From the IMG/VR virus record IMGVR_UViG_3300025671_008697: a stretch of 64,000 nucleotides of DNA, one strand, 5' to 3'. Below, piece by piece: positions 1 through 8,263 of the stretch (the stretch's first letter is position 1; the number at the start of each line of letters is the position of its first letter). Made by a program: the position numbers and the translations under genes. The stretch is from a virus (lineage: Duplodnaviria > Caudoviricetes). The notes below the pieces were generated by a model. The model was given only the letters and a program-made list of their open reading frames with translations, was not told where the DNA came from and did not search any database.

Positions 1-714
1 TACTGGAAAGATTATAGATTGGCAATTGCGGCTTGGTCCAAAAGGATTACTGCAGATACTATTAGTATAATAGGTGGAGAGCCTACACTACACCCAGAGT
101 TGTTTATATGGAAAAGAAATTTAGAAAGACTTTGGCCCGACTCGGTAGTAATGGTGCAGTCTAACGGAATTTATACCAAAGAAAAGATTAAAGAACTAAA
201 CGCAAGTAAAATAATACCGGTGATTTCCATTCATGACAAAAAAATGTTTAAAAAACATGAAGAATACATTGCTACCCATAAAATGAGTATTCCGGGCGGA
301 AATAATGAACCTAATTCATTGATAATAGATGCAACCGAATTTACAGATTGTGCTTTGATAGATAATCAAAACAGTTTTAGTTTACATAATAGCGATCCAG
401 AAAGCGCATTTATTTGTTGCTCAATGAAATACAGCCATACAATTTTTGAGGGTCGATTGCATAGATGTCCTTTGTTGGCAGTTTTACCAGAATTTGCAAA
501 GCAGTATAAGGTGAAGATGTCTGAAGAAGATCTGGAGTTATTGAAAAATCCAGAATATGTTTTAGAACATGATTGTAGTGAAGAAGATTTAAAGAAGTTC
601 TTTTATTCGATTATGACTCCAATGAACGTTTGTAAGTTTTGTCCCGGAGAATATAAATTATCTGAAGTAAAAATGGACTCAAAAAGAAAATTGCATCAAC
701 GATTATCAAACTAG
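1..714 (+). CDS. Radical SAM-family protein with C-terminal Cys-rich (SPASM-like) region, 5'-truncated by the window
   Basis: Frame 1 is open from base 1 (YWKDYRL...). GGEP motif, CCS..HT..GRLHRCP and C-terminal CKFC. The CxxxCxxC motif would lie upstream of the window. Confidence 0.7.
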   Translation, partial: YWKDYRLAIAAWSKRITADTISIIGGEPTLHPELFIWKRNLERLWPDSVVMVQSNGIYTKEKIKELNASKIIPVISIHDKKMFKKHEEYIATHKMSIPGGNNEPNSLIIDATEFTDCALIDNQNSFSLHNSDPESAFICCSMKYSHTIFEGRLHRCPLLAVLPEFAKQYKVKMSEEDLELLKNPEYVLEHDCSEEDLKKFFYSIMTPMNVCKFCPGEYKLSEVKMDSKRKLHQRLSN

Positions 715-715
715 T

Positions 716-961
716 ATGGGACTTATTCGAGAAAAACGATCAATGAGTCTCACAGTTGTACGTGACAAGTATCAAGTATATTGGTACGATGATCGAAACC
801 GAGCATTCGAAGCCGCACAATGGTGTACGGACACATACGGTCCAGAATGGGGACATTTTCGTTGGCGTGATGTGGACCGAGTCGGCGCCAGCAAAAACTA
901 CTTTACCTTTCATAGAATGGATCATGCACGTTGGTTTGTTCTAAAATGGGACACACTCTAA
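716..961 (+). CDS. Small hypothetical protein (W..FG...F.F...A..F.L.W family)
   Basis: ORF track; AAQWCTDTYG...YFTFHRMDHARWFVLKW pattern shared with neighbours. Confidence 0.7.
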   Translation: MGLIREKRSMSLTVVRDKYQVYWYDDRNRAFEAAQWCTDTYGPEWGHFRWRDVDRVGASKNYFTFHRMDHARWFVLKWDTL

Positions 962-990
962 TAGACAGAAAATAGCAAATAAGTTATAAT
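962..990 (+). promoter_or_regulatory. sigma70-like early promoter
   Basis: TAGACA(962-967)-17 nt-TATAAT(985-990), then GAGGT SD and ATG 997. Confidence 0.7.
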
Positions 991-996
991 AGAGGT

Positions 997-1173
997 ATGA
1001 ATATTGTAACCATTGACGGGCAACGTGTGAGCACCTATGACGCAATCATGTGGGCCAGTAAACAATTTGGTCATAACGGCTTCAGTGTGAAAAACTGTTT
1101 CCCAAACTATAATTGGCAATTTGAGTTTGACAATCCTCAACACGCCACACATTTTGCACTGCGATGGCTATAG
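997..1173 (+). CDS. 58-aa small protein of the same paralog family (not in ORF track)
   Basis: Read manually: MNIVTIDGQRVSTYDAIMWASKQFGHNGFSVKNCFPNYNWQFEFDNPQHATHFALRWL; GAGGT SD. Confidence 0.75.
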   Translation: MNIVTIDGQRVSTYDAIMWASKQFGHNGFSVKNCFPNYNWQFEFDNPQHATHFALRWL

Positions 1174-1385
1174 TAGAAGCCATACACTCACATAGGGTAG
1201 TTATACCCTGGCATAATACCATAGAGCATGTAGCAGAGTGGACTGAGGGTAGTGTTTGGGCTATAGAAAAATTTGGACTTCCGGGCGATCGGTACGTTTG
1301 CAGTCCTACTAGGGAAGGTATGGAGTTTTGGTTCAGGGAAGAATCAGATGCTGTTTTTATGATACTGAGATGGACCAAGAACTGA
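1164..1385 (+). CDS. Small hypothetical protein (same family)
   Basis: WAIEKFGLPGDRY...EFWFREESDAVFMILRW. Confidence 0.75.
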   Translation: MAIVEAIHSHRVVIPWHNTIEHVAEWTEGSVWAIEKFGLPGDRYVCSPTREGMEFWFREESDAVFMILRWTKN

Positions 1386-1633
1386 CATTCACATACGCAT
1401 CTGCACCTCAGTGGTTTAGGAACTACTGTACAACGGTGTTAAATTTAGAAAATAAGATGGCAGACTGGATAGTGCAAACAGGTCCAGGTATAGGTCAGCG
1501 AACTGCGTCTGAATTTATCAAATGGTTTTTTGATGAACACAATATAGCAACATATATTGATGACAGCAACAGACTTTGGGTTACACTGCCAGATACTACG
1601 GAAACTACCAAACTAATTCTCACGCACTCATGA
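1370..1633 (+). CDS. Small hypothetical protein
   Basis: ORF 1328-1633; likely start ATG 1370, overlapping the previous stop. Confidence 0.6.
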   Translation: MDQELTFTYASAPQWFRNYCTTVLNLENKMADWIVQTGPGIGQRTASEFIKWFFDEHNIATYIDDSNRLWVTLPDTTETTKLILTHS

Positions 1634-1893
1634 CTTTTACGGTACTTAAGAAACATAGAGTAGACTTGTTGATTTGGCTCCATAAAAATGTGGAACCTGC
1701 AGACAGCGGTAGTCGTAAAGGCAATGAAGCAGAGCCCATACCACCATATCATGTCAGCACAATTAGCCAACGAGCAGAATGGAAAGGTCGGACTGCACAA
1801 TGGCATATCGTTCAATCTGGTATGAGTAAAGAAATTACAGTAGATGTCAACGATGCTCGCATTGGGTTAATGCTTAAATTGAAATATGCGTAG
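1630..1893 (+). CDS. Small hypothetical protein (divergent member of the same family)
   Basis: ORF 1576-1893; ATGA overlap start at 1630; LLIWLHKNV...TVDVNDARIGLMLKLKY. Confidence 0.65.
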   Translation: MTFTVLKKHRVDLLIWLHKNVEPADSGSRKGNEAEPIPPYHVSTISQRAEWKGRTAQWHIVQSGMSKEITVDVNDARIGLMLKLKYA

Positions 1894-1959
1894 TTAATGA
1901 CAGCCATTTTTAGTCCAAATTCTTGTAAATACTGTTAGTCAATCAAGAAGGAGTAAAAA

Positions 1960-2301
1960 ATGGCTGAAGACAAAAAGAAAGTTACAATCGATGAAGACGC
2001 AGTTAACGGAATGGACACAGACGGAGATGGACACATCACCAAAGCAGAATACGACATGCACCTGGAGTTCAAACGTAGAGAACTGGAAGATCAAGACGCA
2101 CAGCGTGATGCCATGCGTAAAATGACTTGGTTTGCACTATTTGGTATGTTGCTGTACCCTGCCACCATCGTAGTAACCAGCCTACTGGGAGCAGACAAAG
2201 CAGCAGGTATCATTGGTGATATTGCACCTACTTACTTTGTGGCTATTTCAGCATTGGTAGCAGCATTCTTTGGTGCTGATGCTATCAAGAGCAAAAAATA
2301 A
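1960..2301 (+). CDS. Membrane protein with EF-hand-like loop and two TM helices (holin-like candidate)
   Basis: DTDGDGHITKAE matches the canonical EF-hand loop; two hydrophobic segments; AGGAG SD; TAAATA at 1926-1931. Confidence 0.7.
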   Translation: MAEDKKKVTIDEDAVNGMDTDGDGHITKAEYDMHLEFKRRELEDQDAQRDAMRKMTWFALFGMLLYPATIVVTSLLGADKAAGIIGDIAPTYFVAISALVAAFFGADAIKSKK

Positions 2302-2304
2302 TCA

Positions 2305-2556
2305 ATGAAGTTTCCACAAGTAATTGTTGGAGTACAAAATCAAGACCAGTGTTATGAAATTGTTAATGATTTGATAGCATCTGGTCTTGAATGCTTTAAG
2401 GATTTTCATTTTGAATACAGAAAGAATAACTATTGGAACAACCCAGAATTCGCAGATTGGGAATACGATAGAACTGCGGTATTCGAATTTAGAAACGAAA
2501 AGATCCAGACTTGGTTTTTGACAAAGTATGGCCAATTACACTGTAAGGCAATTTAA
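2305..2556 (+). CDS. Small hypothetical protein (family-like C-terminus)
   Basis: AVFEFRNEKIQTWFLTKY. Confidence 0.65.
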   Translation: MKFPQVIVGVQNQDQCYEIVNDLIASGLECFKDFHFEYRKNNYWNNPEFADWEYDRTAVFEFRNEKIQTWFLTKYGQLHCKAI

Positions 2557-2758
2557 TCGTTGTTGGGTTGAGATTAACGTTGAACCATCAGACGAACAGA
2601 CCTTTGATAACGATTTAACTGACGTACAGGTACAACAAGTAAATAGTTGGGTCCAAGAAAAAGACTTGGGCAAATGGATGAGTTTTAATCAATGGAAATT
2701 AAAAACACCAAGTGCCGTAACCGCATTCATAATGTTTTGGCACGGGCGCATCGTTTAA
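2528..2758 (+). CDS. Small hypothetical protein (family-like C-terminus)
   Basis: VNSWVQEKDLG...WKLKTPSAVTAFIMFW. Confidence 0.65.
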   Translation: MANYTVRQFNRCWVEINVEPSDEQTFDNDLTDVQVQQVNSWVQEKDLGKWMSFNQWKLKTPSAVTAFIMFWHGRIV

Positions 2759-2770
2759 GTCGGGGTCACC

Positions 2771-2968
2771 GTGGTTGACATAGTAATTCCCTACAAGCAC
2801 GAATCTTACTATTGGCGAGATTGGGAAGATCACTTGCTTTGGTGTTTGGATGAATTTGGCATGCCCGGTGATCAATACGATTTGGAATATTTGGACGAAG
2901 GTGTCAAGTATCAGTTCCAAAATGAGCAGGATGCTGTTGTATTTTCACTCAAGTGGGTTGGCAGATAA
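2771..2968 (+). CDS. Small hypothetical protein (same family)
   Basis: LWCLDEFGMPGDQY...YQFQNEQDAVVFSLKW, close to 1164-1385. Confidence 0.75.
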   Translation: MVDIVIPYKHESYYWRDWEDHLLWCLDEFGMPGDQYDLEYLDEGVKYQFQNEQDAVVFSLKWVGR

Positions 2969-2986
2969 CGAATTTTCTGTTATAAT
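2958..2986 (+). promoter_or_regulatory. sigma70-like early promoter with extended -10
   Basis: TTGGCA(2958-2963)-17 nt-TATAAT(2981-2986), TG at 2978-2979. Confidence 0.65.
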
Positions 2987-2992
2987 TACAGT

Positions 2993-3709
2993 ATGAAAGC
3001 ATATATAGGACCTTATAAATCTTGGTTTGGACCATACCAGTTGGCCGAGCTACTTTGCTTTTGGGCAAAAGACGTAGAAGACGAATACGGCATGAAAAGC
3101 AAGCCAGACTGGGTACACGACTTTGGTGAATGGCTGGCTCACGGCAGTGTAGAGCCCGAAGCAGAAGTAGGTGAAATGCGTTCGTGGAATCGTAACCGTC
3201 ACCATACTTGGCTGTACAAGTTTTTTATATGGGTTGAGAGTAAACGTAAACGTAAAATCAAAGTACGTATCGACCGGTGGGACACTTGGAGCATGGATCA
3301 TACACTGGCTTATATTATTGTGCCCATGCTGAAACAACTCAAGGCCACTCAACATGGCGGTCCTTATGTTGATCCCAAAGACTGCCCACCGGAACTAAAA
3401 CCCGCAAAACAGACTAAAGAAGAAAAAGCCAACGGCAGTACAGACAGCACACACTTTGAGCGTTGGGATTGGGTCTTAGACGAAATGATATTTGCGTTTA
3501 GCACCAAGTTAGACGATTCATGGGAAGATCAGTTTCGCAAAGGCGAACATGACATACAGTGGAAGCAGTTGGAAGGTGGCATGAGTCAAGTGGTCAAAGG
3601 TCCCAACGACACATACGAGTTTGACACAGACGGGCATGCAAAATTTCATGCTCGTATCAAAAACGGCTTTAGACTGTTTGGCAAATACTACGAATCGCTT
3701 TGGGACTAA
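2993..3709 (+). CDS. Conserved phage hypothetical protein
   Basis: 238-aa ORF; DTWSMDHTLAYII.PMLKQLK and terminal GFRLFGKYYESLWD, typical of large-phage hypotheticals. Confidence 0.75.
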   Translation: MKAYIGPYKSWFGPYQLAELLCFWAKDVEDEYGMKSKPDWVHDFGEWLAHGSVEPEAEVGEMRSWNRNRHHTWLYKFFIWVESKRKRKIKVRIDRWDTWSMDHTLAYIIVPMLKQLKATQHGGPYVDPKDCPPELKPAKQTKEEKANGSTDSTHFERWDWVLDEMIFAFSTKLDDSWEDQFRKGEHDIQWKQLEGGMSQVVKGPNDTYEFDTDGHAKFHARIKNGFRLFGKYYESLWD

Positions 3710-3711
3710 CT

Positions 3712-3897
3712 ATGTTTGAATACAGTGTTTGGTTTCTGGTTTTTGTAGCAAACGGTACTGCCGTCACAGTAGAAAAAATGCCAGTGGCCAATCAAGGGCA
3801 GTGTATGCAGTTGGTAAAAAATATTAACGAAGTGCGTAAGCCTGGTGGCAGATCCGTATACGCAAGTTGTGTGGCTACAAAAAAACAGGAGCAATAA
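3712..3897 (+). CDS. Small exported/membrane hypothetical protein
   Basis: ORF 3700-3897, likely ATG 3712; hydrophobic N-terminus and Cys pair. Confidence 0.55.
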   Translation: MFEYSVWFLVFVANGTAVTVEKMPVANQGQCMQLVKNINEVRKPGGRSVYASCVATKKQEQ

Positions 3898-4257
3898 GTG
3901 GCTGAAATTTTTACATGGGTAATGCAGATAGTTTTTTGGTGGTTTACTATTAGCCTTGTGCTTGCTTGGATTAAAAGTAAGGCAGACCAGGAAGAAACAG
4001 TCAGATTTGAACGTGCTGTAGAAATACTGAACAATCTTGTACACAGAGTCAAAGTAGAAGAACATCAGGGTATCTTTTACTGGTGGGATGAGGATTCAGA
4101 CACTTTTCTTGCCCAAGGCAGAACTATTGAAGAAGTAATTGATAATCTTAAGAAGCGTTTTCCCGAGCATCACTTCTTTGTCAAAGACAACGAAGACGTA
4201 ACTTATAGACTTAAAGGCCCTGAATGGGCAATGGAAGTTTACAAAATTGCGAAATAA
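3898..4257 (+). CDS. Hypothetical protein with N-terminal TM anchor
   Basis: TM helix followed by FLAQGRTIEEVIDNLKKRFP. Confidence 0.65.
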   Translation: MAEIFTWVMQIVFWWFTISLVLAWIKSKADQEETVRFERAVEILNNLVHRVKVEEHQGIFYWWDEDSDTFLAQGRTIEEVIDNLKKRFPEHHFFVKDNEDVTYRLKGPEWAMEVYKIAK

Positions 4258-4741
4258 AGTCAAAGCAGATATTATAAAGTGGCTTATAGACTTTGTTGAA
4301 AAACCAAACCCACTGCTAAACAACTGGGCACCTTGTCCCTATGCAAGACAGGCAAGAGTTAACCGAAAGATTGCTTTTGTAGATTGTACATTCAACAATC
4401 TCGCGCTTGAGATACTAAAAAACTTGCCGCAGTTAGACACAAAAGATGTTGTTATATTCTATTACGATCCTACAGAATCAACTGCGGAAGAGTTAGAAGC
4501 CATTGTAGAAAAAATTAATCGTGTTGTTATGGCAGAAAATTATGTCTTGCTAGAAGATCATCCCGAACGGGAGGAATTAGTTAACGGCGTCAAAATGAAT
4601 TTCGGTAAAGCCGCACTAGTTCTTGCACAACGATTAAGCAAATTAAATGATGCTAGCGAGCAGTTAAAGGCCAAAGGATATTATCATCACTGGGATCAAG
4701 CAGCATTAAATAACGTTGTTACATGGCGTTTCAATAATTGA
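4247..4741 (+). CDS. Hypothetical protein, DUF1415-like
   Basis: WLIDFVEKPNPLLNNWAPCPYA...DHP resembles the DUF1415 LNLCPFA/FHP motifs. Confidence 0.5.
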   Translation: MRNKVKADIIKWLIDFVEKPNPLLNNWAPCPYARQARVNRKIAFVDCTFNNLALEILKNLPQLDTKDVVIFYYDPTESTAEELEAIVEKINRVVMAENYVLLEDHPEREELVNGVKMNFGKAALVLAQRLSKLNDASEQLKAKGYYHHWDQAALNNVVTWRFNN

Positions 4742-5166
4742 TGTATGCACGAATAGATTTAAGTCAAACTGATTATCCTTTATTAGACACTGCTTGGTCA
4801 GTTATACAAATACCCGATCCAGACCAACTAAACGAAATATACAAAAAGTATTGTAGGTATAAGAAGTTTAATAGTGTAATGCCTATATTCGACAGTGAGT
4901 ACATTGATCAAAGAAGTGACGTTATAGGGTACTGGCATAATGACAGATTGGTAGCATTTAGTTTAATGCGTAGATATGACTATATCAATGTAGAAGCAGT
5001 GCAGTTTGCTTGGGACTATGCGGAACCCAAACTTGGACTAGGCATTGCCAGTTTAAAAAATGAATGTGCTTACTATAAACAACGAGGGTTTCAGTATCTT
5101 TATCTTGGCGGAGCAGATGAATATAAACAACAAATTGACGGATTTGAAATTTTAGGAACAATATGA
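4738..5166 (+). CDS. GNAT-fold protein resembling the C-terminal domain of arginyl-tRNA-protein transferase (ATE/Bpt)
   Basis: LVAFSL...FAWDY..PKLGLGIASL.NECAYYKQRGFQYLYLG matches the ATE_C pattern. Confidence 0.6.
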   Translation: MMYARIDLSQTDYPLLDTAWSVIQIPDPDQLNEIYKKYCRYKKFNSVMPIFDSEYIDQRSDVIGYWHNDRLVAFSLMRRYDYINVEAVQFAWDYAEPKLGLGIASLKNECAYYKQRGFQYLYLGGADEYKQQIDGFEILGTI

Positions 5167-6320
5167 CATATTCAGTTTACCAACATTGGGACCCACTTAA
5201 AGTCTGCATAGTGGGAAGGAGTTATGGTCCGGAATTTTATAGTTTTATTAAAAACAAAAAAGTAAGGAATATTTTAGAACGCATTGCCTACGAAACCGAA
5301 GAAGACTTTCTAAAACTAGTTTCTCTCTTGGAATCGTTCGGCGTAGAAGTTTTACGTCCAACAGTTTCAAATAACTATAAAAACTATCTTTCTGCAAACG
5401 GTCAAATCTATCCTCCTCCAATGGTACCTCGAGACCATAGTATAATGATAGGAGATACTTTCTATCATAATTGGGTTTCTGAACTCCAAGTTTATCAAGA
5501 TATAAAAGCAGATCATTGGCCGGAAATTAAATGTATAGAAGACTTTAAAAAAATCGATCAATATATGAAGGACGAAGTATATGCAGCAGTTAATTCTACC
5601 GGATACCTGAGTGTATTAGATCATAGACATTTGCTCGATAAAATTAGAAAAAATTGCAATATTATTGAACGACCTTTAAAATCCGCGGCTAATATACTTA
5701 ACGGTGCTCTTATAAGTAGAGTAGGTAAAGATTTATATATTGGCACATGGAACAAGGATGAAACTCAATCAAAAAAAGTAGCTGGCTTGTTCCCGCAATA
5801 CAGAACAACTATAGTTAATACTGAAGGTCATTCGGATTCTACATTTTGTCCGATTGTTCCAGGTTTGCTTGTTTCAATTGGAACGGATGAGTTTGGAGTG
5901 CCAGAAATGGTGTCCCATCACGAAACTTTCCCGGGTTGGGAAGTAATATATCCAGGAGATAACAATTTTTCTAAGGTAAAGTCATTTTTAGAATTAAAAC
6001 AAAGAAACAAAGGAAAATGGTGGGTACCTGGAGAAGAACTAAACAATGAATTTATTGACTTTGTTGAATCCTGGATAAGTCACTGGTTAGGGTATGTCGA
6101 AGAAACTATTTTTGATGTAAACATTCTGAACATAGATGAAAAAAATGTAATTGTTAATTCTTATAACGAAAAAGTATTTCGTGCATTTGAACGCTACGGT
6201 ATAACACCACATGTAGTGAATTTCAGACATAGATATTTTTGGGATGGTGGAATTCATTGTATTACCAGTGACATACACAGAGAAGGTACTATGAAAGATT
6301 ATTTCCCTGAGCGAGGATAA
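5163..6320 (+). CDS. Amidinotransferase (glycine/inosamine-phosphate amidinotransferase family)
   Basis: WDPLKVCIVGR, PRD, GHSD and C-terminal DGGIHCIT (catalytic Cys). Confidence 0.85.
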   Translation: MTYSVYQHWDPLKVCIVGRSYGPEFYSFIKNKKVRNILERIAYETEEDFLKLVSLLESFGVEVLRPTVSNNYKNYLSANGQIYPPPMVPRDHSIMIGDTFYHNWVSELQVYQDIKADHWPEIKCIEDFKKIDQYMKDEVYAAVNSTGYLSVLDHRHLLDKIRKNCNIIERPLKSAANILNGALISRVGKDLYIGTWNKDETQSKKVAGLFPQYRTTIVNTEGHSDSTFCPIVPGLLVSIGTDEFGVPEMVSHHETFPGWEVIYPGDNNFSKVKSFLELKQRNKGKWWVPGEELNNEFIDFVESWISHWLGYVEETIFDVNILNIDEKNVIVNSYNEKVFRAFERYGITPHVVNFRHRYFWDGGIHCITSDIHREGTMKDYFPERG

Positions 6321-6321
6321 C

Positions 6322-6651
6322 ATGGACATTTATCACATTTGGGCAGACAAAGAAGGCGATATATCAGACACTGAGTTTGTCAACAATATGAAATCCTTCT
6401 TGGAGCATTTAAAGTTGGAAGGTAAGATGGAAACTTATCGAATTACCAGATGTAAAATGGGATTCCGTAGCATGGACATTCCAGAATGGCACATAATGAT
6501 GGAATTCCGGAACATGGCACAAATGGACTCAGCATTTGAACGTGTGGCACCACTGGAAGGTGAACTTGAAGGCAAGCATCGTAGTTTTAACCAATTTGTT
6601 GCTGATAATATACAACACGCTCTATACCGGGATTGGCCCGACAATTTGTAG
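6322..6651 (+). CDS. Small alpha/beta hypothetical protein (DUF6614-like)
   Basis: MDIYHIW...GKMETYRITRCKMGF..EWHIMMEF. Confidence 0.6.
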   Translation: MDIYHIWADKEGDISDTEFVNNMKSFLEHLKLEGKMETYRITRCKMGFRSMDIPEWHIMMEFRNMAQMDSAFERVAPLEGELEGKHRSFNQFVADNIQHALYRDWPDNL

Positions 6652-6665
6652 TACTAAAGTACTAC
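6648..6665. promoter_or_regulatory. Perfect palindrome abutting a -35 box (operator candidate)
   Basis: GTAGTACT-AA-AGTACTAC. Confidence 0.6.
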
Positions 6666-6694
6666 TTGACAGAATTACCAAAATCCCTTATAAT
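6666..6694 (+). promoter_or_regulatory. Consensus sigma70 promoter
   Basis: TTGACA(6666-6671)-17 nt-TATAAT(6689-6694); AGGAG SD before ATG 6724. Confidence 0.85.
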
Positions 6695-6723
6695 AAACTA
6701 TATTTGACACACTAGGAGTCGCT

Positions 6724-7113
6724 ATGACCATGCATCTTGAAGGACCTTGGCTCAGTCTATCTGGCAAACGAAAAGGCAAAATAAAGTTTCGTACCGCCGA
6801 ACAGGCTCGCCGGCATCGCGAGTTAGAAGACAGTTGGGCAAAACTTATGAACAAGCATGGTGTAGAGCAAGAACAACGACGTCAGCGCAAAGGTCTTGAC
6901 GCCGAACCCTTACAGTATAACCTCAGTGCGCCGCCTGGACGTGAAACTAAGTATATCCCTAGTTTGGGCAACGGCATGGGCAATGCCGCAAAACGTGAGG
7001 CTCCGCAGTATACTGGTAACAAGATTAAAGGTATTGGCACCATGCACAAAAGCAACGCGGTTCCTATCTTTAGTGATGACGAAGCCGAGGCAATTGCTCA
7101 CATGCGACGATAA
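6724..7113 (+). CDS. Conserved T4-like-phage hypothetical protein
   Basis: C-terminal YTGNKIKGIGTMHKSNAVPIFS motif. Confidence 0.75.
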   Translation: MTMHLEGPWLSLSGKRKGKIKFRTAEQARRHRELEDSWAKLMNKHGVEQEQRRQRKGLDAEPLQYNLSAPPGRETKYIPSLGNGMGNAAKREAPQYTGNKIKGIGTMHKSNAVPIFSDDEAEAIAHMRR

Positions 7114-7120
7114 GTATGTG

Positions 7121-7309
7121 ATGCTATATTGGATTTTGGTGTTCAGTTTCTTTGACAGTAGGCCCGAAGGATTTGTCAGTTACCAAGTATTAGGTAGTGC
7201 AAAAACTCAGCAAGAGTGTAATAAAGAACTGATGAGGTTAAATACAATTCACAGGCACGGGACTGGGTATTGTTTTAGGGAATCAATTAAAGATGGCAAT
7301 AGCAAATGA
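7121..7309 (+). CDS. Small exported hypothetical protein
   Basis: 3' part of ORF 6896-7309; ATG 7121 follows TAAGTA 7111-7116; hydrophobic N-terminus and Cys pair. Confidence 0.5.
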   Translation: MLYWILVFSFFDSRPEGFVSYQVLGSAKTQQECNKELMRLNTIHRHGTGYCFRESIKDGNSK

Positions 7310-7472
7310 CAAAGAATGGTTAGACAAAGTCTACCAAGCATATTTGGTATGGACTGATGTAGAAGATATCACACGAAAACGTGAAGCAGAAAAGTTTGTA
7401 AATTTTTTATATAGAACCTATGGCGTGGTTCTTCCCAGTCAAAGATATAAATCTTCAGTGCTCAGTAATTAA
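7293..7472 (+). CDS. 59-aa hypothetical protein (not in ORF track)
   Basis: MAIANDKEWLDKVYQAYLVW...FVNFLYRTYGVVLP; fills the gap before infA. Confidence 0.55.
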   Translation: MAIANDKEWLDKVYQAYLVWTDVEDITRKREAEKFVNFLYRTYGVVLPSQRYKSSVLSN

Positions 7473-7482
7473 GGATCAGTAA

Positions 7483-7704
7483 TTGCCCAAAGAAGAAATG
7501 ATGCGCTATACAGGGCGTGTACTAGAATGTTTGCCTAATGCAGTTTTTAAAGTAAAATTAGACGAACTTGAACATATAGTAACTGCCTACATCGGCGGCA
7601 AAATGCGGAAAAACGATATTAAAATTATTACAGGAGACTCAGTGGTAATGGAAATGAGTCCCTATGATTTAAATCGTGCTAGAATAGTATATAGGACAAA
7701 ATAA
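7483..7704 (+). CDS. infA: Translation initiation factor IF-1
   Basis: GRVLECLPNAVFKVKL...AYIGGKMRKNDIKIITGDSVVMEMSPYDLNRARIVYR; TTG start. Confidence 0.92.
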   Translation: MPKEEMMRYTGRVLECLPNAVFKVKLDELEHIVTAYIGGKMRKNDIKIITGDSVVMEMSPYDLNRARIVYRTK

Positions 7705-7711
7705 ATACATA

Positions 7712-8263
7712 ATGCGTGATTATATAAATTTAGTTGAAGCGAAAAGTGGACAGGAACTGGTATTAGAAAAATTACCATATCGGGAAACTCAACTCAGCCC
7801 TGTTATGAGTAAAGCCACTCTTGAATATCATTATGGCAAACTGGCACGTGGTTACGTTGAACGCTATAACAAAGGCGAAGGCGACAAAACTTTTAACGAG
7901 GCCGGTGCATTTTTACACAACATATTTTTTCCTCAACTTTATCCTCCACGCAACAACAATAAGCCGCGCGGCGCGAGCCTTGAACTAATTAATCGCAAAT
8001 TTGGCAGTTTTGCTGAATTTAAAGAACGTTTCGCCGAAGAAGCAATGAAGATACAGGGCTCGGGTTGGATCTATCTTAGCCGCAGTGGCGAGATTAAACG
8101 TATTCCCAACCACCAGAAACGAGCAGACATTGCACTACTTGTGGATTGGTGGGAACATGCATGGGCCAAAGACTATGGTGCAGACAAAAAACGTTACCTT
8201 GCTAACATATGGCGCATAATCAATTGGGATAGAGTTAACATTAGGATTTATTCTGGCAAATGA
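7712..8263 (+). CDS. sodB: Fe/Mn superoxide dismutase with an extra N-terminal leader
   Basis: LPY...[39 protein letters not shown]; metal specificity not determinable; TAAATA at 7702-7707. Confidence 0.88.
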   Translation: MRDYINLVEAKSGQELVLEKLPYRETQLSPVMSKATLEYHYGKLARGYVERYNKGEGDKTFNEAGAFLHNIFFPQLYPPRNNNKPRGASLELINRKFGSFAEFKERFAEEAMKIQGSGWIYLSRSGEIKRIPNHQKRADIALLVDWWEHAWAKDYGADKKRYLANIWRIINWDRVNIRIYSGK

